From assembly GCA_963830365.1 (NCBI GenBank), contig CAWHMU010000016.1, forward strand, positions 15,024 to 79,023: a DNA stretch of 64,000 bases, written 5' to 3'. Position numbers and translations under genes: made by a program. The notes under the pieces were generated by a model. That model made no database searches. It was not told the origin of the DNA and was given only the letters and a program-made list of their open reading frames with translations. Positions 11,032 to 22,486 of this stretch are shown one piece after another. Numbering within the stretch: the stretch's first letter is position 1; each line of letters begins with the position of its first letter. This DNA comes from an uncultured Chlamydiae bacterium. Its GTDB lineage: Bacteria; Chlamydiota; Chlamydiia; Chlamydiales; Parachlamydiaceae.

Positions 11032-11574
11032 CTGGTGTTTATTCCTTATGGAACCTATCCAAAGATTAATATGCCACACGGGGTATAGGAAAAAAAATCC
11101 TTATCTTATCAGCGTATCAAATCTATCAAAAATAGTCCCTAATTTTCGGTATGATCTTTCCCGCCAATAAAAAAAGCTATTTTATCAGCTGCCACATAAT
11201 TTGTACTTAATACCAGCATCTAGTGGAAATTTGAAGTTCGACGCCGCTTATATTGAGCACAACCAAACCGCCCGCGGCACAACTTACTTGTGATAAATTT
11301 CCACTTCAAATATACCTATCAGCGACATCTGATATCCTTTTATTGAAATTAACAGACTGATTTTATGCCTATCCGCATCAATACCGATTTAACTGCTGCA
11401 GAGAAATTATTGCTCCCGCTGCATACGCCATTTGCTTTGCGCCATTTAATGAAAGCTGGCTATTTAAACAAAGTCATCGGCGTTATAGAACTCTTTCCCG
11501 GCATCTCCTTGTTAGCCTCAATCGTTGAATTAGCCGTCCACCATTGTCTTACCCTCATATGGAGTCGACCAACC

Positions 11575-12546
<972 letters not shown>

Positions 12547-12612
12547 CCGCGCATGGTATAAGTATTTTTAACCTCGCTCAAGGTAAAAGAGAGGAAACAA
12601 TATGTTTGTAAT

Positions 12613-12950
12613 GTTCTCTTTGAAACAAATCGGCATTCTAGCACAGAAAGTCTAGTTAGCCTCGATAGAGGCGAAAGCATGTAGCCATAGGTGCCAACCT
12701 GTGGAATAAAATGTAGAATATTGAGAGCCGTGAATACGGCGGCAGCAACTTCGAGAGAAACTAGATTCGATGTAACTCTTTTAGAATAATACCTCCAGAG
12801 TAATTGCTGTCGCCGTGTGCACGGCTTTGGTTCTAAACATGCGATGACCACACGCTCACGCGTGTGGCTACATGCTTTCGCCTCTATCGAGGCTTTAAAA
12901 ATGTTTTCATAACTTGTGCCCTGTCGCTTGCATGGCAGCACTAGCTCAAC
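12613..12950. repeat. Dispersed palindromic repeat family A, copy 2
   Basis: Same core and inverted arms as the copy at 5000. Confidence 0.85.
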
Positions 12951-13319
12951 TCATGCCTCATCTCATCGCTACATAGACCATGAGTTCTTCTGCGAACTTG
13001 CAGGTCCATCTCTTTGTAGCCCGTGGCTAAGGCTTGCAAGCGCAAGCGAAGACCGGCTTAAGCTACGGGTGCATACATGAAGGCCTTCAACTCCGCAGGA
13101 GTTCCTCTCTTTTTGCTTTAATCTAAGGCTAAAAATATTTTAATCTAAATTTCTTTTTTAAATCCAGGCACGGGCATGGGCTCGCCATTTTAGTTAGGCT
13201 AGGGGTGAGCCGGGCGCGGGCGTGAAATCGAGATGCCTTTGCAATTCCCTCTTTACCCTTTATCATCTATTCTTTATCCTTTATGCTAAACATCCTTTAT
13301 CAATGCCCGCGGCACCACT

Positions 13320-14969
13320 ATGTCAAACTATCAAGTACTTGCCAGAAAATACCGCCCACAATCATTTAGCGAAGTGCTTGGACAAGAAGCTATTGTCACG
13401 ACGCTGAAAAATGCCATCAAATTCCACCGTCTGGCGCATGCCTACCTTTTCTGTGGTTCGCGCGGCACAGGCAAGACCACTTTGGCACGCGTCTTTGCCA
13501 AGGCTTTGAATTGCCAGGCTCCAACCGATGGAGAACCCTGCAGCGTCTGTTCCTCCTGCAAAGAAATTGCCTCCGGTCATTCACTTGACGTGCTTGAAAT
13601 CGACGGCGCTTCCAACCGCGGCATTGATGACATCCGCCAAATCAATGAAACCGTGGGCTACGCCGCCGCCTCCGGCAGATACAAGATCTATATCATCGAT
13701 GAAGTCCATATGCTCACCAAGGAGGCTTTCAACGCCCTCCTGAAAACCCTGGAAGAGCCCCCCGCCAAAGTCCTATTCCTCTTTGCCACCACCGAACCGC
13801 ACAAGGTATTGCCTACGATCTTAAGCCGCTGCCAACGCTTCAACCTCAACCGCATTCCGATCGAAAAGATCATTAACAAGTTAAAGCGCATTGCCAAAGA
13901 GCTCGGCATCGATGTCGAAGCAGAGGCCCTGCACCTGCTGGCCCAAAGAGCCGATGGCGGCTTGCGCGATGCCGAATCACTATTCGATCAGATCATCGCT
14001 TTTCATGAAGGCCGCATCACCGTCAACATTGTGGCCGACGTTTTGGGAGTCATGCCTAAAGATACGCTGTTTGCCCTCGACCAAGCCGGCAAAGAAGGGC
14101 GTTTGTCGATGGCCTTTGAAATCTCCCATCAGATATTCTCCCAAGGCAAAGACTTTGTCCATTTTGTGGAAAGCCTCACCGAGCATTTTCGCAGCCTTTT
14201 GCTTATCAAATTGTCAGGCCCCGATGCCCCTTTCCTGCTGCTCTCTGAAAGCGATAAACCGCGCTATGAGGCCTCGGCCAAACTATACACGCAGGAACAA
14301 TGCGTGACCATTCTGGACTTCCTGATCGAATCGCAAAATCAAATTCGCTTCCAGTCCTCAGGCAGGATCGCCGTCGAAGCCATCTTACTGCGCATCATGC
14401 GCATCCACCAGCGCCTGCCGGTGGAATTTTTAGTGCGCCGCCTGGCGGAACTGGAACAGGCCATCCAAAGCCCATCCTCACAGCCGGCTGCGGCCTCTGA
14501 CGAGCCGGCTGAGCAGCCCGTTGAAGAGCCGGTTCAAGAGCCGGTTCAAGAGGCGGCTGAGCAGCCTGTTATCCAAACCATTTCCGAGGCGCCGGCAGCC
14601 GCCAGCCGGCAGCCGCCTGCCACGCAAGCTCCCCAGGCAACTGCTGCCGTTGCCGCGGCTGTCATGCCTGCACAAGCTTCCCCTCCGGCTAAGCAGCCAG
14701 CATCCCATTTAGGCTCCGTCAGCGAAGATCCCACACCGACACCCCGCGATCTGGGCATCAGAAGCAAACCCAAGGAAACTATTGCTCCGCCTCCTGCCGC
14801 CCCACTAACGCCACCACCGCCAATGCCGCCGGCAGCCGTGCCCGATGCCGTGCCCGATGCCGTGGCCGCCAAAGCGCCGGGCGTGCATAAACAACATCGC
14901 TATGACACCATCCTTCAATTTGCCGCCATCGAATTGGAAGGCACTGTCCAAAAAAAACAAATACGCTAA
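13320..14969 (+). CDS. dnaX: DNA polymerase III subunit gamma/tau
   Basis: LARKYRPQSF, GSRGTGKTT, Zn cysteines, IIDEVHML, SRC; Pro/Ala-rich C-terminal linker. Confidence 0.95.
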   Translation: MSNYQVLARKYRPQSFSEVLGQEAIVTTLKNAIKFHRLAHAYLFCGSRGTGKTTLARVFAKALNCQAPTDGEPCSVCSSCKEIASGHSLDVLEIDGASNRGIDDIRQINETVGYAAASGRYKIYIIDEVHMLTKEAFNALLKTLEEPPAKVLFLFATTEPHKVLPTILSRCQRFNLNRIPIEKIINKLKRIAKELGIDVEAEALHLLAQRADGGLRDAESLFDQIIAFHEGRITVNIVADVLGVMPKDTLFALDQAGKEGRLSMAFEISHQIFSQGKDFVHFVESLTEHFRSLLLIKLSGPDAPFLLLSESDKPRYEASAKLYTQEQCVTILDFLIESQNQIRFQSSGRIAVEAILLRIMRIHQRLPVEFLVRRLAELEQAIQSPSSQPAAASDEPAEQPVEEPVQEPVQEAAEQPVIQTISEAPAAASRQPPATQAPQATAAVAAAVMPAQASPPAKQPASHLGSVSEDPTPTPRDLGIRSKPKETIAPPPAAPLTPPPPMPPAAVPDAVPDAVAAKAPGVHKQHRYDTILQFAAIELEGTVQKKQIR

Positions 14970-14983
14970 TTTAAGGAATTGCT

Positions 14984-15301
14984 ATGGGTACAGGATTTTC
15001 AAAAAAGAAAAAACAAGCCAAAATGCTGCAGCAGCAGTTCAGCCAGATGCAGGACCAGTTGCAAAAGACCGAAGCCGTAGGTTCGGCCGGCAACGGCCTG
15101 GTCACCCTGACACTGACCGGTGAAAACGACCTGAAGAGCATCACCATCAAGCCTGAATGCGTCGATCCCGAAGACGTCGAAGGCCTGCAAGACCTTATCA
15201 AAGCCGCTTTTGCCGATGCCAAAAACAAGCTGCAAGCCCAATCCCCCCTGCCCAGCATGTCCGGCGGCGGCATGCCTGACTTAAGCATGTTCGGCCTGTA
15301 G
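14984..15301 (+). CDS. ybaB: YbaB/EbfC nucleoid-associated protein
   Basis: GSAGNGLV..DPEDVEGLQDLIKAA; directly follows dnaX. Confidence 0.9.
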   Translation: MGTGFSKKKKQAKMLQQQFSQMQDQLQKTEAVGSAGNGLVTLTLTGENDLKSITIKPECVDPEDVEGLQDLIKAAFADAKNKLQAQSPLPSMSGGGMPDLSMFGL

Positions 15302-15339
15302 GAAATGCAACCATCATTAATTTAAAACGATAAACAGCT

Positions 15340-16785
15340 ATGAACTTTACCATTGCCCCCGGCGTCTTCGATATTATACCACAGGACATCAACGACCCAT
15401 GGCGCGCCTCGCACCTATGGAATTATGTCGAAGCCATGATAAGGAAGACGGCCGCCGAATATGGCTTCCAGGAAATTCGCACCCCTGTTTTCGAACGCAC
15501 CGAATTATTTCAACGCGGCGTTGGCGAAACCAGCGACATCGTTTCCAAAGAGATGTACACCTTCCCCGACAAAGGCGGGCGTTCCATGACGCTGCGCCCT
15601 GAAGGCACGGCGGCGGTGATGCGCTCTTTCATCGAAAACCAAATGCACCAGTCGGCGCCCATCCACAAACTGTTTTATATCAGCCCGATGTTCCGCTACG
15701 AACGCACGCAGGCCGGACGCTACCGCCAGCATCATCAATTCGGCGCCGAGGTGATCGGCAATGCATCGCCTGAACAGGATGTAGAACTCATCGACCTGCT
15801 CTACACCCTATACAACCGGCTCGGCTTGAAAAATTTGCAAGTCAACCTCAACTCCATCGGCGACACCGAATGCCGCTTAGCCTTCAAACAGGCACTGTTA
15901 AGCTACCTTAAAAACTACTATGACGACCTGTCGGCCGACAGCAAAATCCGCCTTGAAACCAACCCCTTGCGCATCCTAGACTCCAAAGACCCCAAAGACA
16001 AAGCGATCACGGCCGGCGCCCCTTCGATCCTGGATTTCCTCAATGCCGACTGCCAGCAGCACTTCCAAACCGTGCAGAAACTGCTCAAACACCTCAAGAT
16101 CCCCTTCGCCATCAATCCCATGCTGGTGCGTGGCCTGGACTACTACAACAAGACCGTCTTTGAGATTGTCGCCGGCGAACTGGGTGCACAAAACAGCATC
16201 GTAGGCGGCGGCCGCTATGACGGGCTGCTCAAAACATTAGGCGGCCCGGACCTGCCCGCCACAGGCTTCGGTTCCGGCCTTGAACGTGTCATCCAGACTA
16301 TGCTTAAACAGCAGGTATCTCTCCCTGCAGCTTACGCCCCGGAAATCTTTTTGATCGCCATGGGCGACCTAGCCAAAGACGCCTGCTTTACGATCCTGCA
16401 CGACTTGCGCCAGTGCGGCATCTCCGCCCAGATGGATTTCAGCAGTAAAAAACTTAATAAACTCATGCAGTATGCCAACCAGATCAAGGCGGCTTATGTC
16501 GTCGTTATCGGCGATACCGAACTTGCGGCCGGTGAAGTAGAGCTGAAAGATATGGCCAGCGGCGAAAAACGCAAGCTGCCCCTCAACCATATGGCCCAAA
16601 TCCTGCGCCAGGAAAAGTACAACCAGCAATTTCTTCAGTCGCTGGCAGAGCTGTCAAAACCTTTTGCCACCGCCGGCGAAGCCGACTTCTTCATCAGTAC
16701 GCTCGGCCAGGCCATCAACGAGACCTCAAAAGTCGCCGACAACCTGAAAAAAGCCATCCACGGCATGCAAGAGCTGCTCGATTGA
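15340..16785 (+). CDS. hisS: Histidine--tRNA ligase
   Basis: LRPEGTA, FRYER, RGLDYY, GGGRYDG motifs. Confidence 0.95.
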   Translation: MNFTIAPGVFDIIPQDINDPWRASHLWNYVEAMIRKTAAEYGFQEIRTPVFERTELFQRGVGETSDIVSKEMYTFPDKGGRSMTLRPEGTAAVMRSFIENQMHQSAPIHKLFYISPMFRYERTQAGRYRQHHQFGAEVIGNASPEQDVELIDLLYTLYNRLGLKNLQVNLNSIGDTECRLAFKQALLSYLKNYYDDLSADSKIRLETNPLRILDSKDPKDKAITAGAPSILDFLNADCQQHFQTVQKLLKHLKIPFAINPMLVRGLDYYNKTVFEIVAGELGAQNSIVGGGRYDGLLKTLGGPDLPATGFGSGLERVIQTMLKQQVSLPAAYAPEIFLIAMGDLAKDACFTILHDLRQCGISAQMDFSSKKLNKLMQYANQIKAAYVVVIGDTELAAGEVELKDMASGEKRKLPLNHMAQILRQEKYNQQFLQSLAELSKPFATAGEADFFISTLGQAINETSKVADNLKKAIHGMQELLD

Positions 16786-16836
16786 GATTTAACTTTGCCA
16801 TCGTTTAGAACCCATATTTAGCATTCAAGGAGTATT

Positions 16837-18624
16837 ATGTTTGATTACCGTAGAACGCACGACTGCAACAGCTTGCAAAAAGACAACATCGGTAATCATG
16901 TCACCTTGTCAGGATGGGTCAATCGGCGCCGCGACCATGGCGGCTTCATTTTTATCGATCTACGGGACCGTTTCGGCGTCACCCAGCTGGTCTTCGACCC
17001 CCAGAAAAATCCCACTGCCCATGCCGCCGGCGAAAAGCTGCGCTCCGAATGGGTCATATCCATCAAAGGCGTAGTCATCCCCCGCCAGGCGGGCATGCAG
17101 AATGCCAAACTTGCCACAGGCGACATCGAAGTGCAGGTGACAGAGCTTGAAGTACTGTCGAAAGCCAAAACCACCCCCTTTTCTATCTGCGATGACACTA
17201 TCGAAGTCAATGAAGAACTGCGCCTCAAATACCGCTATCTCGACATCCGCCGCGGCGATATCGCTAAAAAACTTATCCAGCGCCATCAAGCCATGCTGCT
17301 CACCCGGCAATACCTTGACAAGCAAGGCTTCCTGGAGATCTCCACACCGATTCTAGGAAAATCCACCCCCGAAGGCGCGCGCGACTACCTCGTCCCCTCG
17401 CGCGTACACCCCGGCACTTTCTATGCCCTCCCCCAATCCCCCCAGCTCTTCAAACAGCTGCTCATGGTCGCCGGCATGGACCGCTACTTCCAAATCGCCC
17501 AGTGCTTCCGCGATGAGGACCTGCGTGCCGACAGGCAGCCGGAATTCACTCAGATCGATATGGAGATGAGTTTCGGCATCCCCGATGACCTCATGGCCAT
17601 CATCGAAGGGCTCGTGAAAGTCCTATTCAAAGAATGCATCGGCGTGGAGGTATCAACCCCCTTCCGGCGCCTGTCGCACCAATATTGCCTGCAGCATTAT
17701 GGCTGCGACCGGCCAGACCTGCGTTTCGGCATGGAGCTAGTCGACATCCAGCACATCGCCGCCAGCTCCTCGTTCTCGGTATTCCTGGATCAAATTGCCG
17801 AAGGCGGCATCGTTAAAGGCTTTTGCGTTAAAGGCGGCGCTGACATCTCGCGCAAAACCATCGAGGAATACACCGAATTCGTCGGCCGCCTAGGCATCAA
17901 GGGCCTGGCATGGATGAAATATCAAGAAGGCGGGCTGAATTCCAGCATCGTCAAATTCTTCTCCGAAGACCTCCAAAAGCTGCTCATCGCCGCCATGCAG
18001 ATGGAGCCGGGAGATCTGATATTCATGGTGGCAGACCAACCTGCCCGTGCCAACCAGGGCCTGGACCACCTGCGCCGGCGGGTGGCACGCGAGCGCCAAC
18101 TCATCGCTGCCAAGCATTATGAATTCTTATGGGTCACCGATTTCCCGTTGTTCAGCTGGAACGCCGATGAAAAACGACTCGATAGCGAACACCATCCCTT
18201 TACTTCCCCTCATCCCGATGATATCCACCTGCTTGATACCGAACCCCTCAAAGTCCGCTCCTCAGGCTATGACCTAGTCCTCAACGGCTATGAGGTGGGC
18301 GGTGGGTCACAGCGCATTCACAATAGCGACTTGCAGCGGCTGATCTTTCAAAAACTCAACCTGACGCCTGAAGAGCTGGAGGCTAAATTCGGCTTCTTCC
18401 TGGAAGCCTTGAGCTATGGCACCCCTCCACACTTAGGCATTGCCTTGGGCCTTGACCGCCTGATGATGATTCTAACCCATACCGAGAACATCCGCGATGT
18501 CATCGCCTTCCCTAAAACCCAGAAAGCCAGCGATGTGATGCTCGAATGCCCTTCACCCGTGGCGGAGCAACAGCTTAAAGATCTGAAAATTACGACCGAA
18601 AACCCTGAATTATCTTGGACCTAA
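16837..18624 (+). CDS. aspS: Aspartate--tRNA ligase
   Basis: RRDHGG, LPQSPQLFKQ, FRDED, GLDRL motifs. Confidence 0.95.
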   Translation: MFDYRRTHDCNSLQKDNIGNHVTLSGWVNRRRDHGGFIFIDLRDRFGVTQLVFDPQKNPTAHAAGEKLRSEWVISIKGVVIPRQAGMQNAKLATGDIEVQVTELEVLSKAKTTPFSICDDTIEVNEELRLKYRYLDIRRGDIAKKLIQRHQAMLLTRQYLDKQGFLEISTPILGKSTPEGARDYLVPSRVHPGTFYALPQSPQLFKQLLMVAGMDRYFQIAQCFRDEDLRADRQPEFTQIDMEMSFGIPDDLMAIIEGLVKVLFKECIGVEVSTPFRRLSHQYCLQHYGCDRPDLRFGMELVDIQHIAASSSFSVFLDQIAEGGIVKGFCVKGGADISRKTIEEYTEFVGRLGIKGLAWMKYQEGGLNSSIVKFFSEDLQKLLIAAMQMEPGDLIFMVADQPARANQGLDHLRRRVARERQLIAAKHYEFLWVTDFPLFSWNADEKRLDSEHHPFTSPHPDDIHLLDTEPLKVRSSGYDLVLNGYEVGGGSQRIHNSDLQRLIFQKLNLTPEELEAKFGFFLEALSYGTPPHLGIALGLDRLMMILTHTENIRDVIAFPKTQKASDVMLECPSPVAEQQLKDLKITTENPELSWT

Positions 18625-18679
18625 ATTACAAACATCTTATAAGATGAGGCATTGAATTTTTTTTAAAAGGAGAAAAATT

Positions 18680-19591
18680 ATGTTGAAGTTACCGAAGACA
18701 TATCTGTTTGTTTTAGCCGCATCCTCAGTATTGACGGCCTGCAACGCATCGCCCTCAAAAGACACTAAAGCCGAACAGACTAAAGACCACCAAATAACTG
18801 CTACTGCCGATACCGGCGATCTGGATATCAAAAAGATTTCCGAAGCTCTAGGTCATTTCATCGGACGCAACTTAAAGGCGCCAGGCATCAGTTTTGACAC
18901 CGACAGCATCATTAAAGGCATCCGCGAAGGCGCTGAAGGCAAAAAATCTCCGATGAGCGATGAAGAATACGAAAAAGCCATGGCTCAGCTGCAGCAAAAA
19001 GCCGTCAACACCCTGGCCGATACCAATATCGAAGCGGCTGAAAAATTCATGAAAGATAATGCCACCGCCCAAGGCGTGGTCGAAATCGTGCCAGGCAAAC
19101 TGCAGTACCTCATCCTTGAAAAAGGACACGATCCTGTCGTGCCTGAACATGGCACGCCTCAAATCAATTATACCGGAAAATACATTGACGGTACCGTTTT
19201 TGGCACCTCGGATAATGCCGGCGGCCCTATCGCCGTGCCTATCGACCAGACGATCCCCGGCTTTAGCAAAGGCATCGCCGGCATGAAAGAAGGCGAAAAA
19301 CGCCGTCTGTTCGTCCATCCAGAATTCGGCTATGGCCGTGCTGGCCAGCTGCCGCCAAATTCCCTGTTGATTTTCGACATCGAAGTCGTCAAAGCCCAAG
19401 CCCCGGCCAAAGAAGCCACGCTTGGTGATGACAGAGATCTCGATGATGAACTAGATACCGACCAGGAATTTGACCAAAAAGCGGCTCCAACTGCAAAAGT
19501 TGCGCCTAAAGATGCAACCGTTGCACCTAAAGATGCAAAAGTTGCACCCAAAGACGCTAAAGCAGCTCCTCAACCAGCATCGAAAAAGTAG
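18680..19591 (+). CDS. mip: Mip-type FKBP peptidyl-prolyl isomerase lipoprotein
   Basis: Lipobox LTAC, FKBP core (YTGKYIDG..IPGF..GEKRRLFVHP..YG), C-terminal VAPKDAK repeats. Confidence 0.88.
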   Translation: MLKLPKTYLFVLAASSVLTACNASPSKDTKAEQTKDHQITATADTGDLDIKKISEALGHFIGRNLKAPGISFDTDSIIKGIREGAEGKKSPMSDEEYEKAMAQLQQKAVNTLADTNIEAAEKFMKDNATAQGVVEIVPGKLQYLILEKGHDPVVPEHGTPQINYTGKYIDGTVFGTSDNAGGPIAVPIDQTIPGFSKGIAGMKEGEKRRLFVHPEFGYGRAGQLPPNSLLIFDIEVVKAQAPAKEATLGDDRDLDDELDTDQEFDQKAAPTAKVAPKDATVAPKDAKVAPKDAKAAPQPASKK

Positions 19592-19596
19592 TCTCA

Positions 19597-19636
19597 CCAA
19601 AAGCCAGGCAGATGACAACATTTGCCTGGCTTTCTT
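19597..19636 (+). terminator. Hairpin downstream of mip
   Basis: aaagccaggca-loop-tgcctggctttctt. Confidence 0.45.
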
Positions 19637-19639
19637 ATT

Positions 19640-20092
19640 ATGAAAATAATCCTCTTCCAACCCCAGATCCCACAGAATACCGGCAATATCGTCCGCACCT
19701 GCGCCGTCACCGGCATGTCCTTAGCCCTCGTCGGACCTTTGGGCTTCAGTGTCACCGACCGCTGGTTAAAACGGGCTGGCCTCGACTATTGGGAAGGCGT
19801 AGATGTATCTTTCATCGACGATCTGGAGGCCCATCTCAAGCATACCACGCATAATTTCTATTTCTTTTCCAGCAAGGCCGACCGGCTATATAGCCAGGTG
19901 AACTACGGTGCTGATGATCTACTCATCTTCGGATCGGAGACTTCCGGGCTGCCCAGCCAGTTTAGCGCTCAGTGGCCTGAGCGCTGCGTCACCATTCCGA
20001 TGATTCCCGGCGTGCGCTGTCTCAACCTGGCCACCTCCGTCGGCATCGGCGCCTACGAAGCCTGGCGCCAGCAAGGCTTCGCTATTAGATAA
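19640..20092 (+). CDS. trmL: tRNA (cytidine/uridine-2'-O)-methyltransferase, SPOUT family
   Basis: PQIPQNTGNI, RAGLDYW, FGSETSGL, CLNLA. Confidence 0.9.
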   Translation: MKIILFQPQIPQNTGNIVRTCAVTGMSLALVGPLGFSVTDRWLKRAGLDYWEGVDVSFIDDLEAHLKHTTHNFYFFSSKADRLYSQVNYGADDLLIFGSETSGLPSQFSAQWPERCVTIPMIPGVRCLNLATSVGIGAYEAWRQQGFAIR

Positions 20093-20099
20093 GCGCAGT

Positions 20100-20390
20100 G
20101 AAGGCAATTCACCACCGAGACACAGAGACACAGAGGAGCAAACAGGGCAGTTAAACAAGCCTGTGAATCCATTCCAACGCAGAGCGTGACAGTTCCTTCG
20201 CCCCCTATCAGGAATAACATGGAATGCAACACAAAGATAATACATGTATTATGAATTGGTATTTAGGAGTCGCAGAGAACATTGAACGTTGGAAGGTTCG
20301 TCTGGAGCCAGTTTTCTTCTATGCTTGCCCCTCTGTGTCTCTGTGTCTCGGTGGTGAATGGCTTCCTTTGCGCTCTTTGCGTTGCATCGC
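20100..20390. repeat. Inverted pair of CACCACAGAGxCACAGAG-type repeats
   Basis: caccgagacacagagacacagagg at ~20113 and ctctgtgtctctgtgtctcggtggtg at ~20331; the motif recurs at ~22300, 28790, 28980, 33375, 45250-45490, 46180-46300 and 49590-49710. Confidence 0.7.
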
Positions 20391-20431
20391 ATTTACGGAC
20401 TATTATAGAAGGATAATGATACACCAGCGTC

Positions 20432-22084
20432 TTATGCAGCCACAAGATATGGGCGCAAGCGCCTGTGCAGGGCTGCATGCTCGCGGTAAACCTTGCGGTT
20501 GCGCCACCAATCAGGCAGATAAGCGCCGCTGAAAAGAGTTAAGAAGAAATTAAGAATATTGCCGACGATAATGCGAACGCGCTCACAGAAAGCCCGCTCC
20601 AACTTGTTATTCTCTTTATTTACATCGACTTTCTGGATTTGAAAATCCCGGCATAGGTGCTTGCGTACATGGCAGCTATAGAAGCCATTGCTGCCAAGCG
20701 GCGCCAACGCTTCTATAGCCACATGCCTGCCGATCAGACAACGTCCGCTGGATGGCACGATATCGCCTTCATGATCGATATTGATCAGCTTCGCAGGACC
20801 GCTGATGGGCGTATCTGGCTGATCTTTGTTCAGCTCGTCCCACTTGTCGGAGGTTTCTTTTGACACGCCGGCAGCGCTGAAGGCATAGGCCGTCGCTATC
20901 TGATCATAAAACTCTACCGTCAGGGTATTGACGATGGTGCCTCCCAAGCTATGCCCGCAAAGGTTGGCCATTTTACCCTCCTGTCTCCAACGCCTGAAGA
21001 TATCCTCAAGCGATTCCTTCTGCACATAATGGCCATTTTCCTTCACAATCGGCCGGCGCACCAACGCCTTGTTGATCACATTCCTGGCCAGGCATTTATG
21101 ATCCAGGGCATCGGCCAGCATCGATTCAAAACTTCCTAAGCGGTGCTCCCTGCCATCTGATGTGACCTTGGTAAAACGTTGGGTGCCCCTGACGGCAAAC
21201 CAATTGCATGCTTTGGGGTCTTGGCTTTCCAGAATATAACACGGCATGTCATCGCCCAGGCGAGTGGCTTTGACGATATACTCCACGCTGCGAAAGGCTT
21301 TCGTCGATGGATCAAAAAGCGGCAAAGAAATCGGCTTGCCGTCCATGCCTTCAATATAAGCCAAAGAAAGCGATAAAATTTCGGCGATGACCGCTTCATA
21401 ATAGTCGAAACCGAAATCGCGCAGCATGTGCTGGTGGGTGATCGAATTCTTAAACCATTCGGCATTAAATAAATCAGCCAAGGAACCGCAGAACTCATTG
21501 ATCAGCTCATAGTCGATCAAATCCAGCATTCTCCAATCTTCTTCATCAAAATCTGCCCTAGTCATCTTAGGATTGTGATTCTTCTCCAGTAAATTGGCCA
21601 ACGCCTCCAGCTTCTTTTTGCAGGCCAAAATCCCCTGCGCATCGCCATCCAGGTTGGCTTTTTGACAGGCATTGATCGTTAAATTGACCAGATGCAAGGC
21701 CTTATCTTGTTCGCTTGCCTTTAAAGGCTTAGTAGACACTTCATTGAATTTTTGAAACTGGTGCAGCCGGCTAACCTTTTCCAAGGTAAGGTGTTCATGT
21801 TTGAAACGCACCCTCATGGGCAGGCCTATTTTTTCCCGATGAATGATACCTCCCCAAAAGACCGATAGCGTTTGAAAAAGCAGTGGGATGCCAAGCGTTA
21901 GAAAATGCCACGCCACCTGATGGCGATTGGCAAGTTCTGCAGTTTTGGCTGATGAAGTGCAGTCATGATTTGGCGTCTCATGCCAGATGGTCGGTTCATC
22001 TTCGATGATGGTAGATGCTGGAGTCACGTACTGATAAAGATGATTCGGTATATATGGACCATTTAAAATTGATATTGGTTGCAT
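20432..22084 (-). CDS. Hypothetical protein with C-terminal class-3 lipase-like alpha/beta hydrolase domain
   Basis: AVRGT, LCGHSLGG nucleophile elbow, DIVP and a downstream His. Confidence 0.7.
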   Translation of the reverse strand: MQPISILNGPYIPNHLYQYVTPASTIIEDEPTIWHETPNHDCTSSAKTAELANRHQVAWHFLTLGIPLLFQTLSVFWGGIIHREKIGLPMRVRFKHEHLTLEKVSRLHQFQKFNEVSTKPLKASEQDKALHLVNLTINACQKANLDGDAQGILACKKKLEALANLLEKNHNPKMTRADFDEEDWRMLDLIDYELINEFCGSLADLFNAEWFKNSITHQHMLRDFGFDYYEAVIAEILSLSLAYIEGMDGKPISLPLFDPSTKAFRSVEYIVKATRLGDDMPCYILESQDPKACNWFAVRGTQRFTKVTSDGREHRLGSFESMLADALDHKCLARNVINKALVRRPIVKENGHYVQKESLEDIFRRWRQEGKMANLCGHSLGGTIVNTLTVEFYDQIATAYAFSAAGVSKETSDKWDELNKDQPDTPISGPAKLINIDHEGDIVPSSGRCLIGRHVAIEALAPLGSNGFYSCHVRKHLCRDFQIQKVDVNKENNKLERAFCERVRIIVGNILNFFLTLFSGAYLPDWWRNRKVYREHAALHRRLRPYLVAA

Positions 22085-22234
22085 TTTTATATACTAAGTA
22101 AAATGTTATTTTAAAGTATAATATTTCAACGCTATATTTTATACAACAACAAAACAAAATGGATAAGGCCCGGCGATTGGTACATTTAGTCATTTATTCC
22201 ATGATCGTTTATTCGGTCGAGAAAGCAAAAAGAG

Positions 22235-22390
22235 AGCCTTGTTCACCTTCATAGGAAAACTTTCGGTCACGATGATACTATCTTCCCTATCCTCTCTCCG
22301 TGCTCTCTGTGCCTCTGTGTTTCAAAAAAATCAAACACAGAGGCACAGAGAGCACGGAGCAAGAAATTGACCGGTTGGGTGAACAACGCC
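22235..22390. mobile_element. 156-bp MITE family C (IS1595-like ends)
   Basis: Ends AGCCTTGTTCACC / GGTGAACAACGCC; 8-bp TSD AAAAAGAG; reverse-complement copy at 45217-45372. Confidence 0.85.
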
Positions 22391-22486
22391 AAAAAGAGAG
22401 GAACTCCTGCGGAGTTCCTCTCTTTATACTTCGTGAAGGAATGTTTTTACCATGAAGGTGATCATGCCCACCCTGCTTACCCGTCA

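Noticed and set aside
13160..13230. SRP RNA (ffs) upstream of dnaX
   Set aside because: No recognisable helix-8 GGAA/AGCAG motif; the GC-rich stretch matches the GGGCAC/GGGCAT short repeat instead.
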